In this document: piece after piece, positions 43,965-52,228 of the stretch | How positions within the stretch are numbered: the first letter of the stretch is position 1 | How the letters are laid out: every line of letters begins with the position of its first letter | Assembly: GCA_023436605.1 (NCBI GenBank) | Contig: JAEZIQ010000105.1 | Span: 191 to 64,190, forward strand | Length of the DNA: 64,000 nucleotides | Source: Actinomycetes bacterium | Lineage (GTDB): Bacteria; Actinomycetota; Thermoleophilia; Solirubrobacterales; 70-9 | Direction of reading: 5' to 3' | Made by a program: the position numbers and the translations under genes | The notes under the pieces: generated by a model | Told to the model about the DNA's origin: nothing | The model's input: only the letters and a program-made list of their open reading frames with translations | Database searches by the model: none

Positions 43965-44246
43965 CTAGGCCGGGGTGAGTAGTTCGGGGTCGACCTCGAT
44001 GTACGAAATGGCCTGCCCGAGGTCGTCATCGAACTCGAGGATGGCTATCTCTTCGGCCAAAGTCGGATCGTCGAAGATCCTGCTGATCAGAACCTCGACC
44101 GCCGCGTCCGGACAATCGAACGCTTCCAGGCATTCCCCGGAACTTCGTACAAGCTCATATCTCACGGAACCGAAGATAGGCGGCAGACCGGACGAAACCG
44201 CGCCGTTTAGGGCCTCACGGCGTCGGGCACCACAAGAGTTCGGCAT
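43965..44246 (-). CDS. small acidic hypothetical protein
   Basis: This is the 3' part of track ORF 43965..44534. ATG 44246 is chosen so as not to overlap the opposite-strand gene. There are no recognisable motifs. Confidence 0.3.
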   Translation of the reverse strand: MPNSCGARRREALNGAVSSGLPPIFGSVRYELVRSSGECLEAFDCPDAAVEVLISRIFDDPTLAEEIAILEFDDDLGQAISYIEVDPELLTPA

Positions 44247-44270
44247 CACCAGCGAGGAAAGGCCCGGATC

Positions 44271-44492
44271 ATGAGCAAACCTGACGAGAACGACACTGAC
44301 GAAGGCGTCCAGACCCCAGTTGCCGGCGACCCGCTCGGCGGCACCGGCGGAGACATCGGCGGAGGACCTACAGGCGACATACGGAACTCGCCCGGGATCG
44401 TCGAGGGCAACACCCTGCCGCTCCCCGTGATCGCCACCGCGGCTGCGTCCTTCCTGGTCGGACTCCTGGTCGGCTGGGCTCTCTGGAAGTAG
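44271..44492 (+). CDS. small tail-anchored hypothetical protein upstream of Mn catalase
   Basis: It is 73 aa with a GGAAAGG SD-like element. The N-terminus is Gly/Asp-rich and the C-terminus has a TM (VIATAAASFLVGLLVGWALW). GC3 bias is good. Confidence 0.35.
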   Translation: MSKPDENDTDEGVQTPVAGDPLGGTGGDIGGGPTGDIRNSPGIVEGNTLPLPVIATAAASFLVGLLVGWALWK

Positions 44493-44561
44493 GCCAGACC
44501 ACCGTTTACTCACCCGGTCCCGTGGTACCGGCACGCTTTACCCCAAAGATTGGAGCTTCAC

Positions 44562-45473
44562 ATGATCATGCGTATAGACCGTCTCCAGGCCGAGATGCCA
44601 CCGCCCTCGGATCCCGATCCGGCCGGCGCCGCGGTGGTTCAGGAGCTGCTCGGGGGCAAGTTCGGCGAAATGTCGACCTTCATGAACTACACCTTCCAGT
44701 CGTTCAACTTCAGGGCTCGTCAGGACGCGAGACCGTTCTTCGACCTCATCTCGAGCATCGCGGCCGAGGAGTTCGGCCACATCGAGCTCGTATCGACGGC
44801 GATCAACACGATGTTGACCGGGGCCGGCGAGAAGGGCAAACTGCCCGACCCCAAGGACCTCCTCAACCCCCAGCAATTCACAAACGGTGGTGCTGGAACC
44901 CTGGTGCAGGATTCGAACGGAAAGCCGTGGAATGGTGATTATGTGACTTCGACCGGCGATCTGGTCGAAGACCTGACCCACAACTTCTTTCTCGAAACGG
45001 GTGCCCGCAACGGCAAATTGAAGGTTTACGAAATGTGTGATCACCCGGCGGCCCGGGCGCTTACGGGCTATCTGCTGGTTCGAGGCGGAGTTCACCAGAT
45101 CGCCTACGCGAGGGCCGTCGAAAACCTGACCGGTGCTGACCTGATGAAGATGTTCCCGGCTCCGGCGATTCGCACCGACCAGATCCCCGAGTGTCAGCCG
45201 CACATCGAACGAGGCGAACACAAGAAGCTTTACCGGTTCTCCCCGAACGACTACCTGGAGCTGGCCGCTGTGTTCAACGGTCCCCATCCGGAAACCGGCG
45301 AAGAACTGGAGATCGCTGAAGAACCGACCCCCGAGGGTGCGCTGGCGAACGACCTGCCGGCCCAGGAAGGGGTTTTCGCGCCAGGCTACGAGCCGGAAGA
45401 GATTGCCGAGATCGCCCGCAAGTTGAGGGAAAAGGCAGGTCTCTCCGATGAGCCCACGGGCGAGGTCGCCTGA
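44562..45473 (+). CDS. manganese catalase family protein
   Basis: It has ELLGGKFGEMSTFMNYTFQSFN and IAAEEFGHIELV (di-Mn ligand block). GGAG lies 7 nt before ATG 44562. Confidence 0.85.
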   Translation: MIMRIDRLQAEMPPPSDPDPAGAAVVQELLGGKFGEMSTFMNYTFQSFNFRARQDARPFFDLISSIAAEEFGHIELVSTAINTMLTGAGEKGKLPDPKDLLNPQQFTNGGAGTLVQDSNGKPWNGDYVTSTGDLVEDLTHNFFLETGARNGKLKVYEMCDHPAARALTGYLLVRGGVHQIAYARAVENLTGADLMKMFPAPAIRTDQIPECQPHIERGEHKKLYRFSPNDYLELAAVFNGPHPETGEELEIAEEPTPEGALANDLPAQEGVFAPGYEPEEIAEIARKLREKAGLSDEPTGEVA

Positions 45474-45492
45474 GAACCCGGGTCAGTTTTAG

Positions 45493-45519
45493 CCGTCGGC
45501 GACTTCAGGTCGCCGGCGG
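45493..45519. terminator. bidirectional hairpin between convergent Mn-catalase and VOC genes
   Basis: CCGTCGGCGAC-ttcag-GTCGCCGGCGG has a perfect 7-bp core and one mismatch in the extension. Confidence 0.5.
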
Positions 45520-45523
45520 ACCC

Positions 45524-45919
45524 TCACGCAGGTTTGACCGCCTGCTGGAGAGCCCAGCGGTTTCCGTCGGGGTCGGCGAAGAAGACGAACCTGCCCCACG
45601 GGAACTCCTGGACGTCGCTGGCCTCCACCCCTCGCTCCTGAAGGAAAGCCAGCGCCTCTTCGGCATCGGGAATAACCACTTGCATGTTGTCGAGACTTCC
45701 CGGTTCCATCTCGGTAATGCCCATCCCGAAAGCGATCGAACAGGCGGACCCGGGCGGGGTCATCTGGACGAACCTGATCTGGTCGCTGACCGTGTGATCG
45801 TGGTCGAGGTTGAAGCCGATCGATTCGTAGAACTCCCTGGCACGGTCAACGTCAGTGACCGGCACGCCGATCAACTCGATTTTCCAGTCCATTTGTTCAC
45901 CATAACGCCGCTCGGACAT
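45524..45919 (-). CDS. VOC/glyoxalase family protein
   Basis: It has IGVPVTDVDRAREFYE.. and FFADPDGNRWALQQ, typical of the glyoxalase/bleomycin-resistance fold. Confidence 0.85.
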   Translation of the reverse strand: MSERRYGEQMDWKIELIGVPVTDVDRAREFYESIGFNLDHDHTVSDQIRFVQMTPPGSACSIAFGMGITEMEPGSLDNMQVVIPDAEEALAFLQERGVEASDVQEFPWGRFVFFADPDGNRWALQQAVKPA

Positions 45920-45929
45920 AACGCCAAGA

Positions 45930-45957
45930 AGCGCCGCCTCCTCTCGGAAGCGGCGCT
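45930..45957 (-). terminator. hairpin downstream of the collagen-like gene
   Basis: AGCGCCGC-12 nt-GCGGCGCT forms a perfect 8-bp stem. On the minus strand it is followed by TCTTGGCGTT. Confidence 0.5.
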
Positions 45958-46005
45958 CCTGTCTGGCGGGATTGACCCGTTCCTGCGGAGTCCGGGCGGG
46001 CTGCC

Positions 46006-46605
46006 CTACTGGACCGGCACCGCGAGGATGTTGCCGCTGACTCCGGCCACCTGGTTTCCGGCGTGGCAGCCGAGAGTCACCGAGGTGACTTCGCTGGTTT
46101 CCGTCACCATCTGGATCGGAATCGTGGTCCGTCCGCCGCCGTTGTTGTCGTAGACGCTGGTCACGCTGCCGCCACCGTTGTTGCCTGAGAGCGAGCAGCT
46201 GACGACATCGGTCGCGTTGGTTGCGATCGCCACGTTCGCGGTGACCATGTATTTGCCGGCCGGAACGGATGCGGTCGCAAGTCCGAATTCGGTGTTCGCG
46301 GGAATATTCAGGCTTCCGGCTTCGGTGAAAGTCGGGCTGACGATGCCCGGGTCGCCCTTCGGCCCCTGTTCACCCTGGGGGCCCGGCTTGCCCTTCAGCG
46401 TCTTGATCGTCTTCGGCGCGAGCTTCTTCGGGGTGATGGTTTTGTTCTTCAGCTTCTTGCCGGCGACCGTGTTGTTCTTGATCTTGGCGCCGTTGATCAG
46501 GCCGGAGGCAGCGGTGGCCGTACCACCAACCGCTACGAAAAGCGCCAGCATGGCGATGATCGCGGCCGGACGAAACTGCTTGATGCGGGTGACGATGGAA
46601 TTCAT
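46006..46605 (-). CDS. signal-anchored protein with pentapeptide-like repeats, collagen-like Gly-X-Y segment and beta-rich C-terminal domain
   Basis: An AGGAGA SD lies upstream. The N-terminus (KQFRPAAIIAMLALFVAVGGTATAA) resembles that of the 9376 gene. It has 7 five-residue units, then GKPGPQGEQGPKGDPG, then a domain of about 115 aa with 2 Cys. Confidence 0.7.
   Translation of the reverse strand: MNSIVTRIKQFRPAAIIAMLALFVAVGGTATAASGLINGAKIKNNTVAGKKLKNKTITPKKLAPKTIKTLKGKPGPQGEQGPKGDPGIVSPTFTEAGSLNIPANTEFGLATASVPAGKYMVTANVAIATNATDVVSCSLSGNNGGGSVTSVYDNNGGGRTTIPIQMVTETSEVTSVTLGCHAGNQVAGVSGNILAVPVQ
46348..46392 (-). repeat. collagen-like Gly-X-Y x5 coding repeat
   Basis: The codons were read directly as GKP GPQ GEQ GPK GDP, followed by GIV. 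Confidence 0.8.
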
Positions 46606-46753
46606 GTTTATCTCCTGTGGGAATTGGTTTGTTTGCGCTTCTGTGGAGATAACGAGGCCGCGGTCCGAAACTTACGCGGGATCGGAAAAACTTTTCCAGG
46701 ATGCGGCAAATCCGCTTGCGAAGCCAGAATGTCGACGAAATTCTTTCTTGACC

Positions 46754-46759
46754 TAGAAT
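46754..46759 (+). promoter_or_regulatory. -10-like box TAGAAT, 6 nt before ATG 46766
   Basis: It matches TANNNT and there is no SD. Confidence 0.45.
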
Positions 46760-46765
46760 CGGTCT

Positions 46766-47110
46766 ATGCCCACCTCGGAACAGAATGACCAGACCCGTAC
46801 GCGTCTGGCCGGCGAAAGGACCCAGCTTTCGTGGGTGAGGACCGGCCTGACCGCGATCGCCGTAGGCGTGGGTCTCGCCCGGGTCGTGCCCCTTCTTGAC
46901 ACCGGAGCCGTTGCCTGGCCTTACGAGGGGCTGGGCGTGGCTTACTGCGCTTTCGGAGTCGGGCTGATCATTCTCGGTGTCCAGCGAGGAAAGCTCTCCG
47001 CCAATCCCGATCCGGAAAAACCACACGTTCCCGCGAGCGGAGTTTTTCTCGCCTCAGGGGGAATCCTGCTCGGCATCGCGACCATTGTCGTGGTCATCCT
47101 GGCCCGCTGA
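46766..47110 (+). CDS. DUF202 (YidH-like) membrane protein
   Basis: It has the LAGERTQLSWVRTGL motif and 3 TM segments. TAGAAT lies 6 nt upstream of the ATG. Confidence 0.75.
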   Translation: MPTSEQNDQTRTRLAGERTQLSWVRTGLTAIAVGVGLARVVPLLDTGAVAWPYEGLGVAYCAFGVGLIILGVQRGKLSANPDPEKPHVPASGVFLASGGILLGIATIVVVILAR

Positions 47111-47116
47111 CGGGCT

Positions 47117-48028
47117 TCAACTCTCCGGTTTCAGGCCGAAGTCACCGAAGGGTTCGTCCCTTTCGCGGACCGCCTGCTTGAAGCCTTTCTCGGCGGCCCG
47201 TTGCTGGAAGGCAAATCCTTCCGGTGTGTGACGGGTGATTCCGTCGAAGACCGTACCGATCAGCTGGGTCTGGTGAAGACCCTGCGCGTAGAGCGACTGG
47301 TTGACCAGGAGTTTCATCATCTGGAGCTGGTTGAGCGGCACCATCGCGATGCGGGCCGCGAGTTCGTCGACCGCCGCGTCAAGTTCGGAGGCCGGATGGG
47401 ATTCGATCGCCAAACCGGTTGCCACTGCCTCCCTGCCGTTCAGGCTGTCACCGGTGAAAAGAAGGCGCTTTGCCTGCTGAGCCCCCAGCCGGTAGGCCCA
47501 TAGGGACGTGGTCGGTGAACCCCATACCCGGGCCGGCGGATATCCGATCTTCGCATCGTCGGCAATCACCAGAAGATCGCTGCACAACGCAAGGTCGGTA
47601 CCGCCCGCCACGCAGAAGCCATGGACCTTGCAGATCACCGGCTTGGTGCAGTGGAAGAGCGACATGAATGCCCGAACGTTCCGACTCATCCCCGCGTAGT
47701 CGACCATCGGATCCCAGATTGCCGACGGGTCGTGGTTCGCTGCCTGGACCCTTGGATCGAGCGGTGAACCAGGTGGTGCGTCTTCGGTTCCGAACTCGGC
47801 CTCGAGCATCCTTTCGGCGCTGGCGACCAGGTCGTAGCCGCCACAGAATCCGGTTCCGTTTCCGGAAAGCACGATCACCTTCACCTCGGGATCCAGATCG
47901 AGACGCTCCACGGAGTCGGCAAGTTCGCTGATCAGCTCCGGGGTCAGGCCGTTGCCCCGCTCCGGTCGGTTCAGGGTAATCCGGCCTATCCCCTCCCCCG
48001 TTTCGAGAATCATCGTCTTCGTCTCCAT
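47117..48028 (-). CDS. enoyl-CoA hydratase (crotonase) family
   Basis: It has GRITLNRPERGNGL, VIVLSGNGTGFCGGYDL and VHGFCVAGGTDLAL. TAGCAT lies 6 nt upstream of the ATG. Confidence 0.85.
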   Translation of the reverse strand: METKTMILETGEGIGRITLNRPERGNGLTPELISELADSVERLDLDPEVKVIVLSGNGTGFCGGYDLVASAERMLEAEFGTEDAPPGSPLDPRVQAANHDPSAIWDPMVDYAGMSRNVRAFMSLFHCTKPVICKVHGFCVAGGTDLALCSDLLVIADDAKIGYPPARVWGSPTTSLWAYRLGAQQAKRLLFTGDSLNGREAVATGLAIESHPASELDAAVDELAARIAMVPLNQLQMMKLLVNQSLYAQGLHQTQLIGTVFDGITRHTPEGFAFQQRAAEKGFKQAVRERDEPFGDFGLKPES

Positions 48029-48034
48029 GGGCCG

Positions 48035-48040
48035 ATGCTA
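48035..48040 (-). promoter_or_regulatory. -10-like box TAGCAT, 6 nt before ATG 48028
   Basis: It matches TANNNT on the minus strand. It is paired back-to-back with TATTCT (48077-48082), which lies 8 nt before GTG 48091. Confidence 0.4.
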
Positions 48041-48090
48041 CCCGCGGCCTCTGAGGTCTCCGTTTACCGGCGCCAATATTCTGGGCCCCC

Positions 48091-49794
48091 GTGGAGCTTT
48101 CGGTAATCGCAGTCGGCGGCGTGATGAGCGTCGTCCTGGTCTCACTTTTCTCCCAGCGGCTGGGTGTCGCAGCACCGCTGATGCTGGTCCTGGCCGGGGC
48201 CCTCATCGGCCTTTTCCCGAAGGTTTCCGCGACCTCGATACAGCCCGAATGGATTCTCGGCGGCATCCTCCCGCCGCTCCTCTATGCGGCGGCAGTCAAC
48301 ATGCCGACCACCGACTTCCGTCGTAATCTGAAGCCGATCACTGGGCTGGCGGTCCTCCTTGTGGTGATTTCCACCGGAATCCTCGGCGTCCTGTTTCACA
48401 CGCTAATGCCGCAGATCGGGTGGCCCGCGGCTTTCGCTCTGGCCGCCGTACTGAGTCCGACGGACGCGGTAGCCGCAACCGCTGTCGGCCGCCGGCTCGG
48501 GCTGCCCTCCAGGCTACTCGCGATTCTCGAGGGCGAAGGTCTGGTCAATGACGCCACTGCTCTGGTCCTGCTGCGCTCGGCGGTTGCGGCGATGGGTGCC
48601 GGAGTTACCGCCGGGGGCGTGCTCGGGGACTTTGTGCTCGCCGTGGTGGGCGCCGTCGGAATCGGCCTGATCGTCGGGTTCGTGAACGTGCGGGTCAGAC
48701 GGAGGATCGGCGATCCGGTCCTGAACACCGCGATTTCATTCGTGGTTCCGTTTCTGGCCTATGTCCCGGCTGAGGATTTCGGGTTCTCGGGCATCCTCGC
48801 TGTGGTGGTCGCCGGTTTGGTCACCAGTGACCTTGCGGCCCGTTATCTAAAGGCCGATGACCGGATCACCGAGGAGAACAACTGGAAGACCTTCGCCTTC
48901 CTGATGGAGGGCTTCATCTTCCTGCTGATGGGGATCAGCCTCGAAGACGTGCTGTCCGCGGCCGGCAGCAGGGGCTTTGACATCGGACAGGCGATCTTCT
49001 ATGGCGTGATCGCGGCTCTGTTTCTGGTCCTGGTCCGCGTGGTCTTTGTGGTGCCACTCTTCGCGATGATCAAGCGTGGCGACCGCCTTGCCGCGGATTC
49101 GAAACCGAACGTCGACGACTACAAATCGTCGCTGTCCAGCGACCGGATACCGGACTCCCTGGCCGCCCGGCGGGCCCGGTTCCTCGATGCCAAGGTCGCC
49201 AAGGTCAGCGCTGACATCGACTTCCGGATGCGCGAGTCGCTCGGGTGGCGTTCGGCAGGGGTGCTGGCCTGGTCCGGCATGCGCGGTGCCGTGACGGTTG
49301 CCGCGGCGCAGACCCTGCCGCTCGAAACCCCCTACAGGGCGGAGCTGGTCCTGATCGCCTACGTGGGCGCGGCGTTGACGCTGCTGTTTCAGGGTTCGAC
49401 GCTTCCGTGGGTGATCCGGAAACTGAATGTTGAAGGGGACGACACCGAGGAACTCCGCCGGCAGCGCCTGGAGATGGTCGATGAACTGTCGGAGGCGGCC
49501 CGTTCGGAGCTGGAAATGATCGCCGCGTCGGAACAGTTTGACCCGGACGTAATCGAACGGGTAAAAAACGACAGTCTCGCCGGCCGGCAGGAGCGGTTCA
49601 ACCAGTACCAGGACCCGGATCACACGAGGAGGGAATACATACAGCTTCGGCTCATCATCCTCGAAGCTGAACGGAAGCGAATGCTCGAGCACCTGCGCGT
49701 CGGCACCTACAGTGCGGAAGTGATCGAAGCCACTCAGAAGCTGCTTGATCTCGAAGAAGCCCGGCTTCAGGAGATCTCCGGCCAGGACCCCTAG
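48091..49794 (+). CDS. Na+/H+ antiporter, CPA1 family with C-terminal cytoplasmic domain
   Basis: It has about 11-12 TM segments. Blocks are SPTDAVAATAV, LEGEGLVNDATALV and WSGMRGAVTVAAA. A soluble tail of about 150 aa follows. Confidence 0.85.
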   Translation: MELSVIAVGGVMSVVLVSLFSQRLGVAAPLMLVLAGALIGLFPKVSATSIQPEWILGGILPPLLYAAAVNMPTTDFRRNLKPITGLAVLLVVISTGILGVLFHTLMPQIGWPAAFALAAVLSPTDAVAATAVGRRLGLPSRLLAILEGEGLVNDATALVLLRSAVAAMGAGVTAGGVLGDFVLAVVGAVGIGLIVGFVNVRVRRRIGDPVLNTAISFVVPFLAYVPAEDFGFSGILAVVVAGLVTSDLAARYLKADDRITEENNWKTFAFLMEGFIFLLMGISLEDVLSAAGSRGFDIGQAIFYGVIAALFLVLVRVVFVVPLFAMIKRGDRLAADSKPNVDDYKSSLSSDRIPDSLAARRARFLDAKVAKVSADIDFRMRESLGWRSAGVLAWSGMRGAVTVAAAQTLPLETPYRAELVLIAYVGAALTLLFQGSTLPWVIRKLNVEGDDTEELRRQRLEMVDELSEAARSELEMIAASEQFDPDVIERVKNDSLAGRQERFNQYQDPDHTRREYIQLRLIILEAERKRMLEHLRVGTYSAEVIEATQKLLDLEEARLQEISGQDP

Positions 49795-49795
49795 T

Positions 49796-51265
49796 TCAGG
49801 TCACCGACCTTGCCGCTGCCAGCAGCAGGTCGAGCTCCGACTGCATGCCGTCGATCAGAGTCTGGACCTCGGGGGTCTGCTCGCGGTCCGCGGTGATCCC
49901 GATGTCGATCGAGTTGCGGTAGCTCATGATCGTCACGTTCAGACCGATTCCGTCCGAGATGATCGAAAGCGGGAACATCGCTTCCAGCTTCGCTCCTGCG
50001 AAGTAGAGGTCGATCGGCGGACCGGGCACGTTGGAGATGATCACGTTCCACGGTGGCCTCGTGAAACGGCCGGCCATCTGGGTCACGACCCGGGCGGCAC
50101 GGGCATGGAGTGCCGGCGGCACGAACGCGGTCAGGTCGCGAAGGGTCTCGGCGGGCAGCGCGTCATGGCTGTCCTTGGCGACCCGCATCTCCGAGTGGAT
50201 GAACTCCAGGCGTTCGACCGGGTCATCGAGATGGGTCGGCAGCGGCGCGATCATCGCCGAAACCTTGTTGCCAAAGGTGCCGCGTTCCTCCTCGGTGCGG
50301 ACGGAGACCGGGATCATCCCCAGGAGCGGTTCTTCCGGCAGCTGGCCGCTGAAGGTGAGGTGTTCACGGACCGCTCCGGAGACCAGGCAGATCACTACAT
50401 CGTTCACCTTCACGCCGAAGGCGTTCTTCACGGTCTTGACGTCATCGAGCGAGACCGAACCGAGGCCGAAGACCCGGTGCGGGGACAGGGGCGCTCCATA
50501 AGGGCCTTTGGGAGCCTTGATCGGCGGTCGCTCGATCACTTCCTCCTCGGCCCCGAAACGAACCCGGGCCCTGGACATGATCCTGCTGATACGGCGACTC
50601 CCCGGCAGACCGAAGGCGGAGAGTGCCATGTCGACGTGAGGCACGACGGTGGCCAACCGGTCGGCAATATTGAGTGGCGCCCTGGGAATCCCCTTGGCCC
50701 ACATGAGGAGCAGGTCCTTGCCGTCTGGCGGCGTCTGGTCGGGAAGTTCGTCCGGAACACCAACGTCGCGCGGTTCCGGGGTGATGTCGTAGAGCGCCGT
50801 CAGGATTTCGCTGCCCGACATGCCGTCGATCGCGGCGTGATGTGACTTCGAAAGCAGCGCAACCTTGCCGCCCTCGAGACCGTGAATCAGGTAGATCTCC
50901 CACAGTGGCCGCGAGCGGTCCAGCCGCCTCGAGTAGATGCGACCGACCTGTTCGAGTAGCTGCTCGTGGCTTCCGGGCGCGGGCAGCGCGATCTCCCGGC
51001 AGTGGTAGCCAATGTCGAAATGTTCATCCTGGGTCCAGTACGGCCAGTCGATGCTGAAGGGGACCTCGACCAGTCGCTGGGTGAAGGGGGCGACCAGGTG
51101 AACCCGGTCGAGAATCAGGCTTCTGAGGTCCTCGACCGTGAGCTTTCCCCCGGGTGCAGTGGATGGATCGAGGATCGCGAGTCCGCCCACATGACCGTAG
51201 TTACGGTCGCTCTCGATTGCCAGGAACTGCGCGTCGAGCGCAGTGAGCTGCCTCAGCTCCGCCAT
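49796..51265 (-). CDS. wax ester synthase / diacylglycerol acyltransferase (WS/DGAT)
   Basis: It has the active-site motif HHAAIDG, a length of 489 aa and the N-terminal LTALDAQFL pattern. Confidence 0.9.
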   Translation of the reverse strand: MAELRQLTALDAQFLAIESDRNYGHVGGLAILDPSTAPGGKLTVEDLRSLILDRVHLVAPFTQRLVEVPFSIDWPYWTQDEHFDIGYHCREIALPAPGSHEQLLEQVGRIYSRRLDRSRPLWEIYLIHGLEGGKVALLSKSHHAAIDGMSGSEILTALYDITPEPRDVGVPDELPDQTPPDGKDLLLMWAKGIPRAPLNIADRLATVVPHVDMALSAFGLPGSRRISRIMSRARVRFGAEEEVIERPPIKAPKGPYGAPLSPHRVFGLGSVSLDDVKTVKNAFGVKVNDVVICLVSGAVREHLTFSGQLPEEPLLGMIPVSVRTEEERGTFGNKVSAMIAPLPTHLDDPVERLEFIHSEMRVAKDSHDALPAETLRDLTAFVPPALHARAARVVTQMAGRFTRPPWNVIISNVPGPPIDLYFAGAKLEAMFPLSIISDGIGLNVTIMSYRNSIDIGITADREQTPEVQTLIDGMQSELDLLLAAARSVT

Positions 51266-51266
51266 C

Positions 51267-52121
51267 TCAAGCGGCCTTGAGTTCCCCGCGGTCGCCCAGG
51301 TTCCCGGGTTGTGCTTTGGTCCCGAGCATCCCGCTCATGTGGGTCCAGACCTCCGAGTCGAGCCCCATGCCGATGTGACTGCTCTCGATCTCGATCTGTT
51401 CGGCGGCGCTGTGAAGGCAGGCCTGGTAGCGGACGATGTTGTCGTCCCGGGAGTAGAACGAGATGAACCGGACATCGGTCGGGAAAGGACGACCGTAGGC
51501 GATCCGGGTTTCCCGACAGCACTCTCCGGTCGCGCAGTCACGGCTCAGGAAACCGGGAACCCCGAGTTCCCCCAGACCACCGATCACACCGATCCCGAAC
51601 CAGACCCGGGGATGGATGTCGAAGTGGTCGTTGAGCGGCGATCCGAGCGTGACCAGTGTGTCGATCAGGTCCGGCCGGCGGACGGCGATCACCTTGCCCA
51701 TCGCTCCACCCCGGCTCTGACCGACGATCAGCGCCCGGTGCCCGGTTTCGTTGACCAGGACTTCAAGCCTTGCTTCCACCGCTTCGACCGTGGCCTGGGT
51801 GCAGTCGACGTTCCAGTTGATACCGCTCTTGGCGAGCGTCCAGTCACCCTGTTTGAGCCATTTGGCCATTGGCGCCAGGCTGGGGTCGCCGGCCAGGAAA
51901 CCGGGGATCAGCATCGCCGGGTGACCGTTTCCCCGCGGTGGCTCGGGCCAGGTTGCGGGATCACGGGTCGAGCGCCACTCGTCGTACAGGCGGCTGTGCG
52001 GTAGCTGGAGTCGGTCCGCCAGCGCGGTCGCGCTGTCAATGACCCAGTTGGTGCCGTCACTCAGTGACGGGATTGACGGAAGTTTCTCCTTGCTCGGGAA
52101 ACCTCCCAATGGCAGACCCAT
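51267..52121 (-). CDS. alpha/beta-fold hydrolase (lipase/esterase-like)
   Basis: It has a nucleophile elbow (GQSRGG). Its stop is 1 nt before the WS/DGAT start codon. TATCAT lies 7 nt upstream of the ATG. Confidence 0.75.
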   Translation of the reverse strand: MGLPLGGFPSKEKLPSIPSLSDGTNWVIDSATALADRLQLPHSRLYDEWRSTRDPATWPEPPRGNGHPAMLIPGFLAGDPSLAPMAKWLKQGDWTLAKSGINWNVDCTQATVEAVEARLEVLVNETGHRALIVGQSRGGAMGKVIAVRRPDLIDTLVTLGSPLNDHFDIHPRVWFGIGVIGGLGELGVPGFLSRDCATGECCRETRIAYGRPFPTDVRFISFYSRDDNIVRYQACLHSAAEQIEIESSHIGMGLDSEVWTHMSGMLGTKAQPGNLGDRGELKAA

Positions 52122-52128
52122 GTAACAG

Positions 52129-52134
52129 ATGATA
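52129..52134 (-). promoter_or_regulatory. -10-like box TATCAT, 7 nt before ATG 52121
   Basis: It matches TANNNT on the minus strand and there is no SD. Confidence 0.4.
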
Positions 52135-52228
52135 CTCCGACGTCAGGTCGAGTTGACCCGCGTCGCCTCTCGCCATGCCACTGCGTTACCCGCCGTCGCG
52201 TTGCGGGAAGCGAAAACTGCCCGGGTTC

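Noticed and set aside
43965-44534. Full-length 189-aa minus-strand ORF as a single gene or frameshifted pseudogene
   Set aside because: Its N-terminal half is Arg/Gly/Ser/Asp low complexity and overlaps a plus-strand ORF that has better codon bias and a TM tail. Only the C-terminal 93 aa were kept, at low confidence.
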